From NCBI GenBank assembly GCA_044892505.1, contig CM097883.1, positions 205,965,854 to 206,028,000 on the forward strand: DNA of 62,147 nucleotides, given 5' to 3'. The DNA comes from Schmidtea nova (taxonomy: Eukaryota). Numbering within the stretch: position 1 is the stretch's first letter; the number at the start of each line of letters is the position of its first letter. The notes under the pieces are model-generated. The model was not told where the DNA came from. It searched no databases and was given only the letters and a program-made list of their open reading frames with translations. The translations under genes and the position numbers were made by a program. Positions 35,692 to 48,683 of this stretch are shown piece after piece.

Positions 35692-37961
35692 TAATAATAA
35701 TAGAACACACACGCAAATCACGCATCCTCGAATAGAGTTAAATAACAAAAAGGGATCACTATGTGCCCAAACCGTAAAATGTAACCAAAATTGAACATTT
35801 ACAGTATGTAATTGTTACTTCACGTATCATTAATCATCCTTGCATTGTATTAAAATATATTCTTTAAAAAATATAATTTAAGAATAAATTATTAAAATTA
35901 ATTTCCAATCATAAATTATTTTTTAAAAACATGACGCGTTGTACAAAAAAATTTTAAACAATAAATTCGATAAGTTCTTTAAATCCAACAATCAATGCAC
36001 AAATTGCTCATTCCATGAATATTTTGAATGTGTTTAAGTAACTGAATGTTGCATGCCACGAATAGATATAATTATGAGGTTTTTTATCACTTGAATTTTT
36101 CATTTAAATTTTCTTTTCACTGTTTTAACTAAAATGCTTATGCAATCTTTAATTTGTTGTGTGATAATTTTTTTTATATCTATATTTAAAATAAATAAAG
36201 TAAGTTATGTTTTTTATAATTGTGAATTAATTTAAAAATTTTATTCTTAATTTATTTATTTGTTGGTAAAATGTGAGGATGACTATTATTAATTAATTTG
36301 TTTGAATCTTTCTTATTTTCCAGTTATTATTTTGTATTGTAATTGGTGGCTTGAAGAATACTGATATTCGGTCGTTTATGTTGAATATACTTATTCGGCG
36401 TTTTTCAATTAATAATAATTATAATAGAAACAATAATATAAATTATAACCAATTTCAAATGTAGATAAATAAAATTTTGTTAATAAATAAAAAATTAATA
36501 ATAGATAAAACCAAGGGATTATGCGTTTATTTGAACATGTGCATTTTGTGCATGTCAATATAGAGAAAATTGGTATCAATTAAACACCAAACTAAATAAC
36601 AAAAATTTCCCAAACAAGTTAAATAAATAAAAACTGCTTCATATCAAATCCCTCGTAAACATTTTCGAATGAATTTATTGTTGTTTTCGCTTTCGAATAT
36701 AGTTTTTCATTGTTGTTTTAATTCATCTATTGATCAATCTTAAATTCATTATCTTGAGTTAGAAAAAACGTATTGATGAAACAAAAAAAACTCAAATACA
36801 ACTACAAAAGTCGAATTTTTTCTATTAATTAAATCAATGAATTTTAAACGTGTATCACTATCTTAAAATAGGTCAAATTTGAAATAGCCTCAATTATGCA
36901 GTCTTTGTAGAAAGTAATAGAAAGTAAATTGTTATTTTTCAACAAAGAGCTTAAGAGAGCTAGCATTCCTACTAGCGTGTGAGAAATATATCAAAAAGTA
37001 GAATGGAGAAGAGTCAGTGGATTTGGTATTCTTTGAAGCGTGACACAATATCCTGTTTGTAGCAATCATAAGGCTCGCTGGCTTCCTCTGTGTCAGATCA
37101 AAGATTCTGAAAATATTCGTGTCGCTAACTGCACTCCATGTTGATGCTAATAGTGTATTGCATAAACTCTAATGTGGGAGACTGTTTTCATGGGTTAGAT
37201 TTAACTTTTGTGTTCTGACAGAGTGACGGATACGATTCAAGAACTGAAACGCTTGACTATAAAAAAAATATAAATCGATTTTTTCAGTTAATTTTTTTTT
37301 GTTTTAATCAGTTGTTACATATGGTTTTTTTTAATAGATTATACATGCTTTTATTTATTCAATTAATATCAATTAGGATTTTTAAAACAGAAATAGTTAA
37401 ATTATGAATTAAGCTTATTAATTATCAAGTGATTAATAATTAATTAGATATAAATTAATATGGCTGCCTTGACAGGTTTTGATTATATAAATTTCATTTA
37501 TTTTAGAATCCAGGATGTAAATTAATCTTTGTGTCATTTTATTTTTTTACCACCTTATTTACAATATAGTAATAACAATAATAAATAATAATAATAAAAA
37601 TAATTATTATAATGAAAAAAAGTCCTCATTCAAAAGAGAAAGAAATTTATTAAAGAAAAATAAATGCAGACAACTTCAACTTCAGCGAAGTTTCATTTTC
37701 TAAAAAGATTTTCTACGTAAAATTTAAATTTTAAAATATTCTGCTGCCGAGAAATAATTTTTAACGTATTAATAATTTTTTATTTAGAATTGACTTAATT
37801 ATTGTGATTCATAAATAGTGAAACTCTGGAAGTTTCAGACAGGTGATTCAATTGTTAGAGTCGAAATGTGACTGGTCAGCGTAGATGTAGTTCCAATCAA
37901 CTGTGCCTCCGCTGCATGTGCGAAACGCTATAAAATATATATTGGCCTGTTAAAACATGAG

Positions 37962-38090
37962 NNNNNNNNNNNNNNNNNNNNNNNNNNNNNNNNNNNNNNN
38001 NNNNNNNNNNNNNNNNNNNNNNNNNNNNNNNNNNNNNNNNNNNNNNNNNNNNNNNNNNNNNNNNNNNNNNNNNNNNNNNNNNNNNNNNNN
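37962..38090. other. Assembly gap
   Basis: Run of N. Confidence 1.
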
Positions 38091-38573
38091 ATAATAAAAG
38101 TATTTTATTGAAAAAACTTAATGAAAATTCATTAATATTTAAACTGAATTGGAACTATCACAGCATATCTATTCGATGAGTAAGCAATTGTTTGCTTATT
38201 ATTGGACCTTTTTATCACAGTAATTGGTCGGTGGAGCGACAGGCTTACCTCTAATTTTGAACAAATATTTCTTATTTCAAGCAAATATGGGACAATATCA
38301 AAAGTAAATCAAAACTTTAATAGTTAAAGTTTAAATAATGATTGAAGAAAAAAAGAAAAATAGTTTGACGCGTTTAACTGACCGTGGCCAATTAATTCTC
38401 AAAGACAAAATGATTTATTCTCTGGCACTATAAACTCGACGGATGGGTTACAAATTACAAATTAAGCAGTCTGGTTTAAATAATAATTTACACGTAACTG
38501 ATATGGCCCAGTTCAATTCGACACAACCAGATCAAAAATGTCCTTTGAAAAGCGTCCAAGTGATGAATATTCT

Positions 38574-39025
38574 GGATGCCGGAAAAAAAAGCCAACGGAA
38601 AAAAAGTCACAAATGTTAGGGGTTAGGGTTAGAGGGCCATTTACTCATGTAAATCTGCTTCATTTTTTGTATAAAAGCAAAGGTTTTCAAGATATTTTAT
38701 CATTCATTCATAATTTTTAATATTTTTAATAATAGAATAAAATAAATAAATATATTATTATAAAATTCTGGCATTATATTAAGCATAATGGAATATAAAA
38801 TTATTGAGCGTCAGAAAGGAAAAAAGAATTTATGTTTAGATGGTTAGATATATGTAACAAAGCATACCGGAAAGCAGCAGATTTTCATTTGAAATATTAT
38901 TTAACATTTTTATATACTTTTTTATGGTTTTGATTAACTTAAATATTCAATAAATGAATTTATAATTGTGACATTATCTAAATTGTTTTTGGCTTTTTTA
39001 TTCCATGGCTTTTTCACCCGGATTC
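38574..39025 (+). mobile_element. MULE/Mutator-derived MITE with FLYWCH-like start remnant and 9-bp TSD
   Basis: Imperfect TIRs ggatgccggaaaaaaaagcca / tggctttttcacccggattc; TSD gaatattct/aaatattct; MEYKIIERQKGKKNLCLDG*IY; internal gggttagggttag. Confidence 0.65.
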
Positions 39026-39300
39026 AAATATTCTTACAGTTTATTTTAAAAATCACACAAGTCTAATTAAAAAACACCAGAATTATACTTATTTTCATTT
39101 TTCATTAAATAAAATTTTATTATTGTGTTTTTCCAATTATAAACTATGATTATATATTTTTATTGTTGTTATTAAACGTTAATAAAAATTTAAAACAAAT
39201 TTCTAATTTTTGATTTTTTTTGCTTTTGACACTGAAATATTTAAATATAATATAAAGTAGAAGGAATTATTTTTGGACTTTGTAAATAAAGCTGTACAAT

Positions 39301-39470
39301 ATCATTAATATCTCTTATTTTCATCTTTGATCTGTTCCTTTCTATTTCATAAATTTTCATTTTTCATATAATTTTTTATTTATTTTATTTTAGGTAATTT
39401 AAAAAAATTTTAAAAAATATTTAAAGAAATTCACACTTGAAAAAGGCTGTGTCAAAAATTCATGTACTTT
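39301..39470. mobile_element. Old palindromic mini-PLE relic (inverted tail + degenerate hammerhead)
   Basis: cacacttgaaaaaggctgtgtcaaaaatt at 39432; 39301-39373 is an inverted tail (cagatcaaagatgaaaataa on minus). Confidence 0.55.
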
Positions 39471-41523
39471 AAAAAAAATAATATAAAAATATAAACACTT
39501 AAAATAAAACTTTAACTTATATTTTGGTCTACTTTGATGTATATTTTTATTAAATTACTAAATGATTATTCTTTAATCTTTAATGCTATGAGAAATAAAT
39601 TAATGACTGTTGTTTAAATATGTCAAATTTTTCAAATTTAGATTTTTAAAAAGTCTTACAAAACTTTCTCTCGCTTTAATTTTTAAGTTAACCAATTCAA
39701 TAAAACAAAAAAAAAATTTTAATTTATTTTTATCCTAGATATATAAAGAACGTGAATCGTATAAATATAAATGCACAGATAGATCGTTTGCGTTAGCCAT
39801 ATATTGATCTTCCAGTGCTATTGATGACCACTAGCAACGAATGCACATATCAAACAGAATAATGCCACTCTACCAGAAAAAATCTGATGAGATGCGCTCA
39901 GAAAACCGCTCTATTATTTTTGACACAATGCATTATCAGCGGTTAATGAGAATTACCACGATTTGGTCACGCAACGAAGAGGAAATTGATTTTGATTCGC
40001 CGCCTGCCAAAGTTATTGTATTTAATCTTTTTTTTATTTTATTTGAGTACTGTTGTGTTGGATATTTGCTACTTTGAACAGAATATTAACTCGATGAGAT
40101 CACAATTCTGTTTTCTCTACTTAAACGAAAATTGAAAAGTAATTCAAATCAATTTATGAAAGGTATTTCATCAAAACAAAATCAACGAAGAAATTTTATA
40201 ATACAAAAACCACAGTATTTGATAAATGATTAAATTTTAAAATAGTAGATTAAATTAATTTTTGATGTTTTTTATTCTTTTGTCTGTTTTAATCAGTGAG
40301 AAAAAACAACAACAAGGGGTATTTTTTGAGAAAAATAAAACTTCAAAAATATTTTTTTTGAATGAAAATATTTATCGTAAAATACTATTCATATGAGTAT
40401 AAAAACAATAATGCATTCTTTTATTTTATCAATTAATATTTGCTTTTATAATCAAAATATAATTAAGTTCTTTTAAGAAAAGTAAAAAAGTCGAAAGATT
40501 TCAATACGTTGTTGAATTAGAGTAAAAATATTGAAATTCAGTCGCCCATCCTAAACAGGTTAAATGTCTCCAAATGCGCTCCACAAACAATACTGGCTGT
40601 ATATAGTATTAGTATAAAGGGTTTTGGTTTTGCCACACTAGTTTTGAACAAACGAAATACAAAGTCGTTGATTATATATTGGTGTAAAGAGAATCTGGAA
40701 ATTTAGAAGTATGTTGTAGTTTTCTATTGTTAATAAATTACTCTTAATATCTGTGAATAAAATCGGGTCTTAAAAAGGAAGACATCTTGAAAAAAAGTGT
40801 TCAAAGCCTTTCAAAAAGTGTTTATACTTTTTATTTCCAGAGATAAAATTGAGTTAATCTCATTAATTGTAAAATGGAAAAGTAGCACATATTTTGTTTT
40901 TATTGTTTTTGTCAATGAAGCAATTCATAGTTTGTTGCATCACGGACACCGCCATCATTTCTAAAGGTATAATATTCTGTAAAAAGTCCTATAATTTTCT
41001 ATATAATCTTTTCATAATTCAAAGTATCGAATGAATAGTGGTGAAAATTCTTTTCAGTGGCTTCCGCATTCAACATCTTTTCTAAGGCACTTATTGTGTT
41101 CTTTTATTTTTTCCCACTATTTTGAAAAGGTTTTCTTATTTAACTTAAAAACTTCCTAATATTACCATGTGAAATTCATATATTAAATAATATAAATTAT
41201 TATAAAAAGTAATTGATTTAAAATATTTCTGTTTCTCTTCTGAAACTATAAAAACACTGTTAATTTATTAACGTAAATACATACGTTACCAAACTTCATA
41301 TATGCGTGACTGGCTGTTTCTTGGAAAGACCACCAAAACATGCATTCACTGGCTTAAATATAAATACACAATCTACGAGATCATACAAGGGTCCAAGATC
41401 TATGAACCATTTACTTTTGCACTTTAGAAAATTTTACTTAAATGCAAATTTTATATAAATATTTTTATTTTGTATTAATATAACTTTCATAATAAATCTA
41501 AATGTGTATTTTTAATAAAAATA

Positions 41524-41650
41524 AACACTTGAAAATGTTTGTCAAAAATTCATGTAACTTTTAAAAATTATTTTGATGTATAATCTTAATTATGAAAAAT
41601 TCTGAAATAGAAACGAAAAGATCAGAGGTGAAAATAAAATATGTTAATGA
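41524..41650 (+). mobile_element. Old PLE tail relic (degenerate hammerhead + tail)
   Basis: acacttgaaaatgtttgtcaaaaattcatgta...ttttgatgtataatc...aaaagatcagaggtgaaaataa. Confidence 0.5.
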
Positions 41651-43010
41651 CTGCTTTTTATACACAAATAAAATTTTTTAGAATTATTTTTATGCCCAAA
41701 CGAGTCACTTTTATTAGAAATCTCTAATAGAAAAATAGTTTGCTTGAAGAAGCCATAAATATAAAGAACAATAGCAAAAATATAAATAAATATTTTAATA
41801 CAAATAATAATCAGATAAAAAAAAAACAATTTTATTCAATGGTGAAAAAATGTAAATATAAAAAAGATAAGAACAAAAAAATGTAAACCTATAAACAGAT
41901 ATTGATATTGCTTCAGTGCCTCATAATTGTCGACAATAAGGCCTAAACACTAATTTATCAAGTACCTATTTTGACTAGATCCTAATTTGCGTTATTGGTA
42001 CTAGACAAATGTATTTAAAATTTGAAATAAAACATGAAAAGTGGACACTCATTACATTAGATATGTAAGACTTTTTCTGACTTGGTACTATGATTATAAT
42101 ATAAAGATTTTCAAGACAAAACCTTTATGAACAAAGACATTTAGCAAATATAATGAGAGAAAACTGATTTGAGACCATTTTGAAAAATATGAATAAACAA
42201 AAAAAGTTTTTAGTTCATTTTGAAAGATAAAGAGAAGCGAGTTATTACTTACAAAATGTTAAAATAATTTTTGAGTAGAAATTGATTTAAATTAAAAACA
42301 GGGTTGATCATTTCAAAACAATAACTAAATTAACACCCCTTAGTTTCTTCTTCAATCTTTTCTTTTTTATTTGTAAAGGAAAAACGAAATCCCATTAATT
42401 TTGAAGTGAGTGCAGACATTGCATATAGAAACCGCGCAAGAAGTATACTCAAATATCTGATCAAACACCAAAAAAAACAAAATAATAAAAAACACAGGAA
42501 AAAATTAATTTAAATAAAAATTAAATTTAAATTTAACAAGAGCAAGAAGTAACCACGAAAAAACAAAAAACAATAAATAAAAAAACATTACTTTAAGCAT
42601 TAGAGGAATATAAAATTCAAATTTTTTTATAATTAATTATCTTAATTTTTATAATATAAATGTGAAAAATGTAAAAGTAAATAGAAAAAATATAAATTAA
42701 AGTAGTTAAAATTTAGGTAAAATATAAAATATTGATAAAAATACAATTCATTAAAGTAATGAATAACATTTTATGTATAAATATTAACTTATTTTAGTAA
42801 AAATATTATATTTCTTTTTAAATTAAATTAAATAGAAAAAACATTCTAGAAACATTTGTTTTAGTGCATCAATTAAATCAAATGCTCTGAAAATTGTATA
42901 AATAGAGATGTCATTTCCATAAAAAATGCTCTTTTCAGAATTTGAGAAATTTTCACGAAGAATCAAGGTTTTACTTTGGCAAATTTTAAGTTAAATATAA
43001 ATTTATTATA

Positions 43011-43724
43011 CAGTAAACCCTCCAACTGCGTGGTAGATACGTTCCACAAAAACAACGCGCAAACCGAAACCGCGCACTGTGAACCCGATTTTATATGTAA
43101 TTATGGGGTTAGGTTCCAGATATTACAAAAATATTAAAAAATATAATAAAAAGTCTTTATTCAACGACTAATATACATATTTACATTTATATAAACATAA
43201 AAACTAATAAAAACAGTCTCAATTCATTGCTTTTACATAATTAATATTACTATTATAAAAATTAATAAAAATTTAACATAAATAAAAATTATAAATAATT
43301 TTTTATTACGGTTATATCTAATGCACACGAATAAGATTTTTTTGAATTTAATATGTACTAATATATTTTTAATTAAATAAACACTTGTATAAATATCTAT
43401 TAATTAAAACTATGTAATTTTACATCCTAATCCTAACCACATCACTAGAAAAATGAAACTTCCTTTATTATTTTTATATAAAAAATACAGTGCATCGAAA
43501 TACGATGAATCACTATTTTCACTACCATATGTATTCGTAGTTTTACGGGATTCACCATAAAAAATTAAATTGACATGATTTTTTTTGTTGAAATAGACAA
43601 AAACAAAAAAGAACCGCACAGCTACGAAATTTTTAGCGCGCAGATCGAAATTTTGGTATTAAAGGTTTGGCCGCGCAATTGCGAAACCGCGCAATGAAAA
43701 ACCTCGCAGTTGGAGGGTTTACTG
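43011..43724. mobile_element. pogo/Tigger-type MITE
   Basis: Perfect 20-bp TIR cagtaaaccctccaactgcg; TA on both sides. Confidence 0.9.
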
Positions 43725-43727
43725 TAT

Positions 43728-43788
<61 letters not shown>

Positions 43789-43791
<3 letters not shown>

Positions 43792-46505
43792 TCAATCCTT
43801 TTTTACGCGATAGATTGGTTTTAGAGAAAGACGCGCAGAAAAATTCACTACTCATATGTAAATTCGGTAGATTGGTGCCAAAGATAAAAGCTTTCGTGAA
43901 CATAATATATTCATTTTCGTAAGTAAACGTAAATCAGTTTTATATTTTTTTTAAATGTTTACATATACATATGTATTACATATACGCATGTATATTCATC
44001 ACTCAATCCTGTTTTACGCGATAGATTGGATCCAGCGAAAGACGTTCAAAATAAATCGCGAAAAGATTTCACTAATCATATGGAAATTGGTTAGATTGGT
44101 ACCAAACATAAAAATCTCTCGTGAATATAATATGTTCATTTTCGTAAATAAACGTAAATCAGTTTTACATTCTTTATTTTAATTGTTTACATTTACATAT
44201 GTATATTGTATATACATACCAAATTATAAAATAATATATGTACAAAAAAAAGTAAAATAAATAAAAAATAAGCTTAATTCAATTAACAAATATTGTTAAA
44301 TTCATTAGTCGCTACTATCAGTATAGGCAGCGAAATTCAACGATGTTTTTTAGGAACTGTCAAAATATTGCTTGAGCGTGATTGAGCTTATTCGTCTTCA
44401 AAAACTAGCACGTGTTTCAGAAATTCTTTATTAGCGTGATTTCGAAATTTTTTATTGTTTGATTTAGATAGAGTTTGAATTCACATCAAACTCTGTAATG
44501 CATCTTTGGTTTGATTTCCTTTCCGGTTTCAATAATTCCTTATGCAGTTCTTTGTAGCTTCTCATACAGAGTCTTACTTCATGTTGACACTTTTGTTCTC
44601 TCTTTATTCGGATCATTTGCGAGAAAATAGTTCTTCTAGCTGTGCTGCAAGTTTTAATCCATCTTTAATGGTTTCTGCTCTAAGTGATAATTCCTCTGCT
44701 ACTTCATCACTGCTGTTTGATGATTCGACATTTCAATTAAATCTTCCTTATCTAACATCTGGTCGAGAAGGATCTCGTTAAGATCTTCACGCGTCATATC
44801 TTCGAACTATTTCCCATCCACATAACGCGCTAAACTGTTGTTTGATGTTCATCTTATCTGGTAATCTGACCATAATGGTTTCCAAAATGCGTTTAACGTA
44901 GATCTTCTCAACTGTGCAATTGCTGAAGTCGCGTATGTGATGCAATCTATAATAGAAAATTGTTTCTAAGCATTATTGAATTCCAATTCATCGTCAATCT
45001 CCATTTTTTCCAGAATGCACTGGAAATTTTCTTTCAAGTAGTATAACTTAAATGTTGATATAATTCCTTGGTCCAATGGTTGTATGATTAATGTTGTATT
45101 AGAAGAGAAAAATTACCTTAACGTTGGGATGGTTTAGTACTGGATGACCAGGCGCATTATCAATAATAAATAGGACCTTGAAGATCTGCTTCTTTTCATT
45201 CAGATACCACTTCACCTCTGGCATAAAACATTTCTTGAACCAATTTTGGAATACAAATGCATTTACCCATACTTTTTTATTTGCAACCAAATGAACAGGT
45301 AATTTCATTAAATCCTTGCTTTTTATTGCTCTTAGCCTGACGTTTTTGTTTACGAGCAGAGGTTTAAGCATTCAATCTCCGGAAGCATTACTGCATAGTA
45401 AAAATGTTACACATTCCTTTGCTACTTTAAAACGCCTATAGATTTCTGAATTTTAGATACGTACCTCCGGGTTACCAGTCGTTTCCAGAAAAGCCCGATT
45501 TAATCTTCGATGAATACTTAGTCAGGTGTGTAACCACCTTCTTCTATAATTTTTGCCAGTTTTGGACGATAATCTACTGCAGCTTTCTGCAGCAATTTCT
45601 CCTTTGCTTTTCAAATTATGAAATCCATGTCGGCTTAGTAATTTAGAAAACCACGCTCCCTTGATCGAAAATTCATTTTTTTTGTTGACGAAGTTGATAG
45701 TTCTAGATGCAAAATTTGATTATAAATACAAATGGTTTTTTATTTAATAGTGGCTGTGTCAACAGGGATCCTTTTTTATTGAGATCCTCAATCCATATTG
45801 CTAAGAGATTTTCCATTTTTTCTACCTAGTATTTCTACAATGCGACGATGTTGAAGCAGTTACTTTATTACCATATATTATCAACTGCCTGAAAAAATTT
45901 ACATTCTTCTTTATTGTACGCAGTTTTGATTCACTGAGGCCAAGTTTCTGATAAACTTTAGTAGGAAAAAACTAAAAACCTTGTTCTAAGCTGTCTAAAA
46001 CTTTGACTTTTAGCTCTAGTGAAATTCCCTTGAGCTTGGTTCCTAATTTGCTTGCCATTTCGGTAACAAAAACTGTAAAAAGGAATTCTATAACTTCCAC
46101 TTAAATAATTTTAATTTTCAGAGAATTTGATTTAAAAATTGATTAAAATTAATTGAATATAATTAATTAAATAACAGAAAAGTTTTACAAATAAATTATT
46201 ATAAATTATTGTAAATTATTATAAATTATTATAAATTATTATAGACTACGATGAACTACACACTTTAACTTATCATGCTTTTGAAATTATAACATATCAT
46301 ACAGAAGCACATCCGACACCATTAAAATCTTCTAGGAAACTAAATTAGAAATATGTATGTATATATACAGCACAAAATATATTTTTCAAAATACGGGAAT
46401 TCCCCCAGTTTTGTGTAATGTTTGATGTAACATAAAATATAAAGAACTGAACTGAAATCTTTGAATTTTCGGCGAAAATAAAATCGCGTAAAAAAGGATT
46501 GAGTA
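43789..46505 (-). mobile_element. pogo/Tigger (TIGD1-like) element with decayed transposase and duplicated left end
   Basis: TIR tactcaatccttttttacgcgat at both ends; left ~200 bp is repeated at ~44000; GAWFSK, GLFWKR, CSNASGD, IIDNAPGHP, IQPLDQGII. Confidence 0.9.
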
Positions 46506-47699
46506 TATATATAAGATATTTATGAAATACTCAAAAAAGGTAAATCATTATATTTTTATTTAACAATAATTGTGTTTTTTTCTTATGATATGTTTTCTGC
46601 CTCTTTTCAGTGATGTAAGAAGCCCGTCCTTTTCATCTCGACACTATGTTTCGGATACCTTTTGGTTCAAAACCTATTTGACGACCAAATTCTTGATAAT
46701 TTTCACCCCATTCCACTACTTCAATTAATAACTTTTAAAATTTATTTTACGCTTTTCGATGTTTTTCTTCTACAGGTTCGACTGGTTAAAGCATAAAAAC
46801 TTCATTTTCTGCATTTCTAAAATTATTTTTAAAATAATATTTTAATATGATTGTAAATTTACATTTTTCTTTGATCATAAATGGTATGGTTGATTCCGAC
46901 GAAGCTTATGAAATGTCTTCATAAATCCTTTTTTTTTAAATTTTAAAACCCTTTAATTAAAGATTGTCACTTAATTTATATGTATGTGTTTTTTTATTAT
47001 AGAGATGTTGTGTGTTGTGAATGTGTGTGTTTATTTACCTAATTTATTTTTCTTCTCTTCTATAGTATAAGGGAGTAATTTATGACTGCTTATAATTTTT
47101 GTCTTTATCTGCAGTAAGAATGCATATATTTTTCTATATGTAATTTAAATTGACATTATAAATACCTTAATTTTTGTCTATCTGGCCATTAATTTATGCT
47201 CTTTGGTGTAGGACATTTAAGGCGCATCACTTTTCAAATTTCTGGAGAGATGGCATCATTTTGTGCATAGAAGGTATTTCAGTTTTGTGTTTTGCTTATC
47301 CTGATTATTTTTATTCTGCACCGGTCCAAGCCCTAGTTGTCTATTGTCTGCTATTTCATGGTAAAAATAAAGATTTGTCAAAAATATCAATGCATTCTCA
47401 ATCAACAAACAAAATGATTACATGCATCAAAATGAATTTTTATCTTTAATTTTATTCTTCTTGACCTTCCGAGTCGAAACTCGCTGTGGTATCCTAGCTT
47501 GTTGCAATGCAGCTACATCAGTGTTGGTTCACGAGTTTGGAGTTGAGTCTCCCGAACTGTCCGAATCCATACTGTCGAACGCGATATCAAAACTTAGCCT
47601 CATACTTACGTAGATGTAAGAGAATGGCCGGAGGATCATCCACAGAAACTTAATATTAAAGACTTTCTCTTTAAATTGAAACTTTGTTTTTGTTTATGT

Positions 47700-48620
47700 T
47701 CTAATTAATTCTTCGTCTAAATATCAAGAACATCCATTTATATAGTGTATGTAAATTTGAGAGACATGCATGACTACAAAATTTGTGAAATTATGTCGAC
47801 AAAGAATGGCAAAGATATTATAGAGATGTAAAAGCGAGAATTAAGCAATTACTCCAAGATTTAAAACAAATAGAACGTGTTGAAACAATTTATTGATAAG
47901 ATCTTGATCCAACAATTGACATGTTATATAAAATGTTGAAACAATACGAAATTATGTGAAGTGACGAGCAAAAATATGTGCATAAAATAGAGACAAATAA
48001 TTGTATTCCGCACGTTATTGCATAGCCAAGACATTGGATATAAAGTCAAAAAACCTTTAACAGAATAAGACCTTCTGATTAAATTAAAGCTTATAAATCA
48101 CTTTAGAAGGATAATTATTAAGGAATGTTACGAAAAATTCAGCATTATTATCTTATTATAAATTTTTTAAAATTTTAAAGAAATCAGAATAACTTAAAAT
48201 TAAACTTTTTATCATAAAATAAACGTTGCCAATAGATTTTAAATGAATAAACATCCAGAAGAACATGGAATTGAGTTAGTCCACTTTAAAAAAAAATTCC
48301 AAGAAAAAGTCGAGATCTAAAAATCAAAAGACGTAAATTATTAAAACGACACAACACAGTAATCGGTTACTTAACCAACTTAAGATATGAACATCAATAA
48401 AATGCTTTTAGTAAATTAAACAAACTTACCGATTCAGTAACCTGATCTATCTTTTTTCTTTCAAATTTTTATGGGCCGTGATCAGTAATGCACAATTTAC
48501 TGAATCACACGGATCCCGCGTATTTTGTATAAATATTCTTTAAGGCTAACTTAACCTGTTGAGCTTTCATCACAAGTTGGGTAGTAGTAGGTCCGTAGGG
48601 TCCTTCATAAACAACACCCC
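47700..48620 (+). mobile_element. Possible highly decayed RLE-type non-LTR retrotransposon 3' remnant
   Basis: RHNTVIGYL and PDL fragments only. Confidence 0.3.
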
Positions 48621-48683
48621 AGTAAATGAAATATTAGGTATGTCAACAGAACTCATAAACCTTTAAATAATCATGCTATCAAA

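Noticed and set aside
34400-37960. Possible host exons (e.g. 34444..34671, 36900-37260)
   Set aside because: No consistent open spliced frame or recognisable domain by eye; needs a database search.
38616-38632. TTAGGG repeats as a telomere remnant
   Set aside because: Only ~2.5 units and internal to a MITE.
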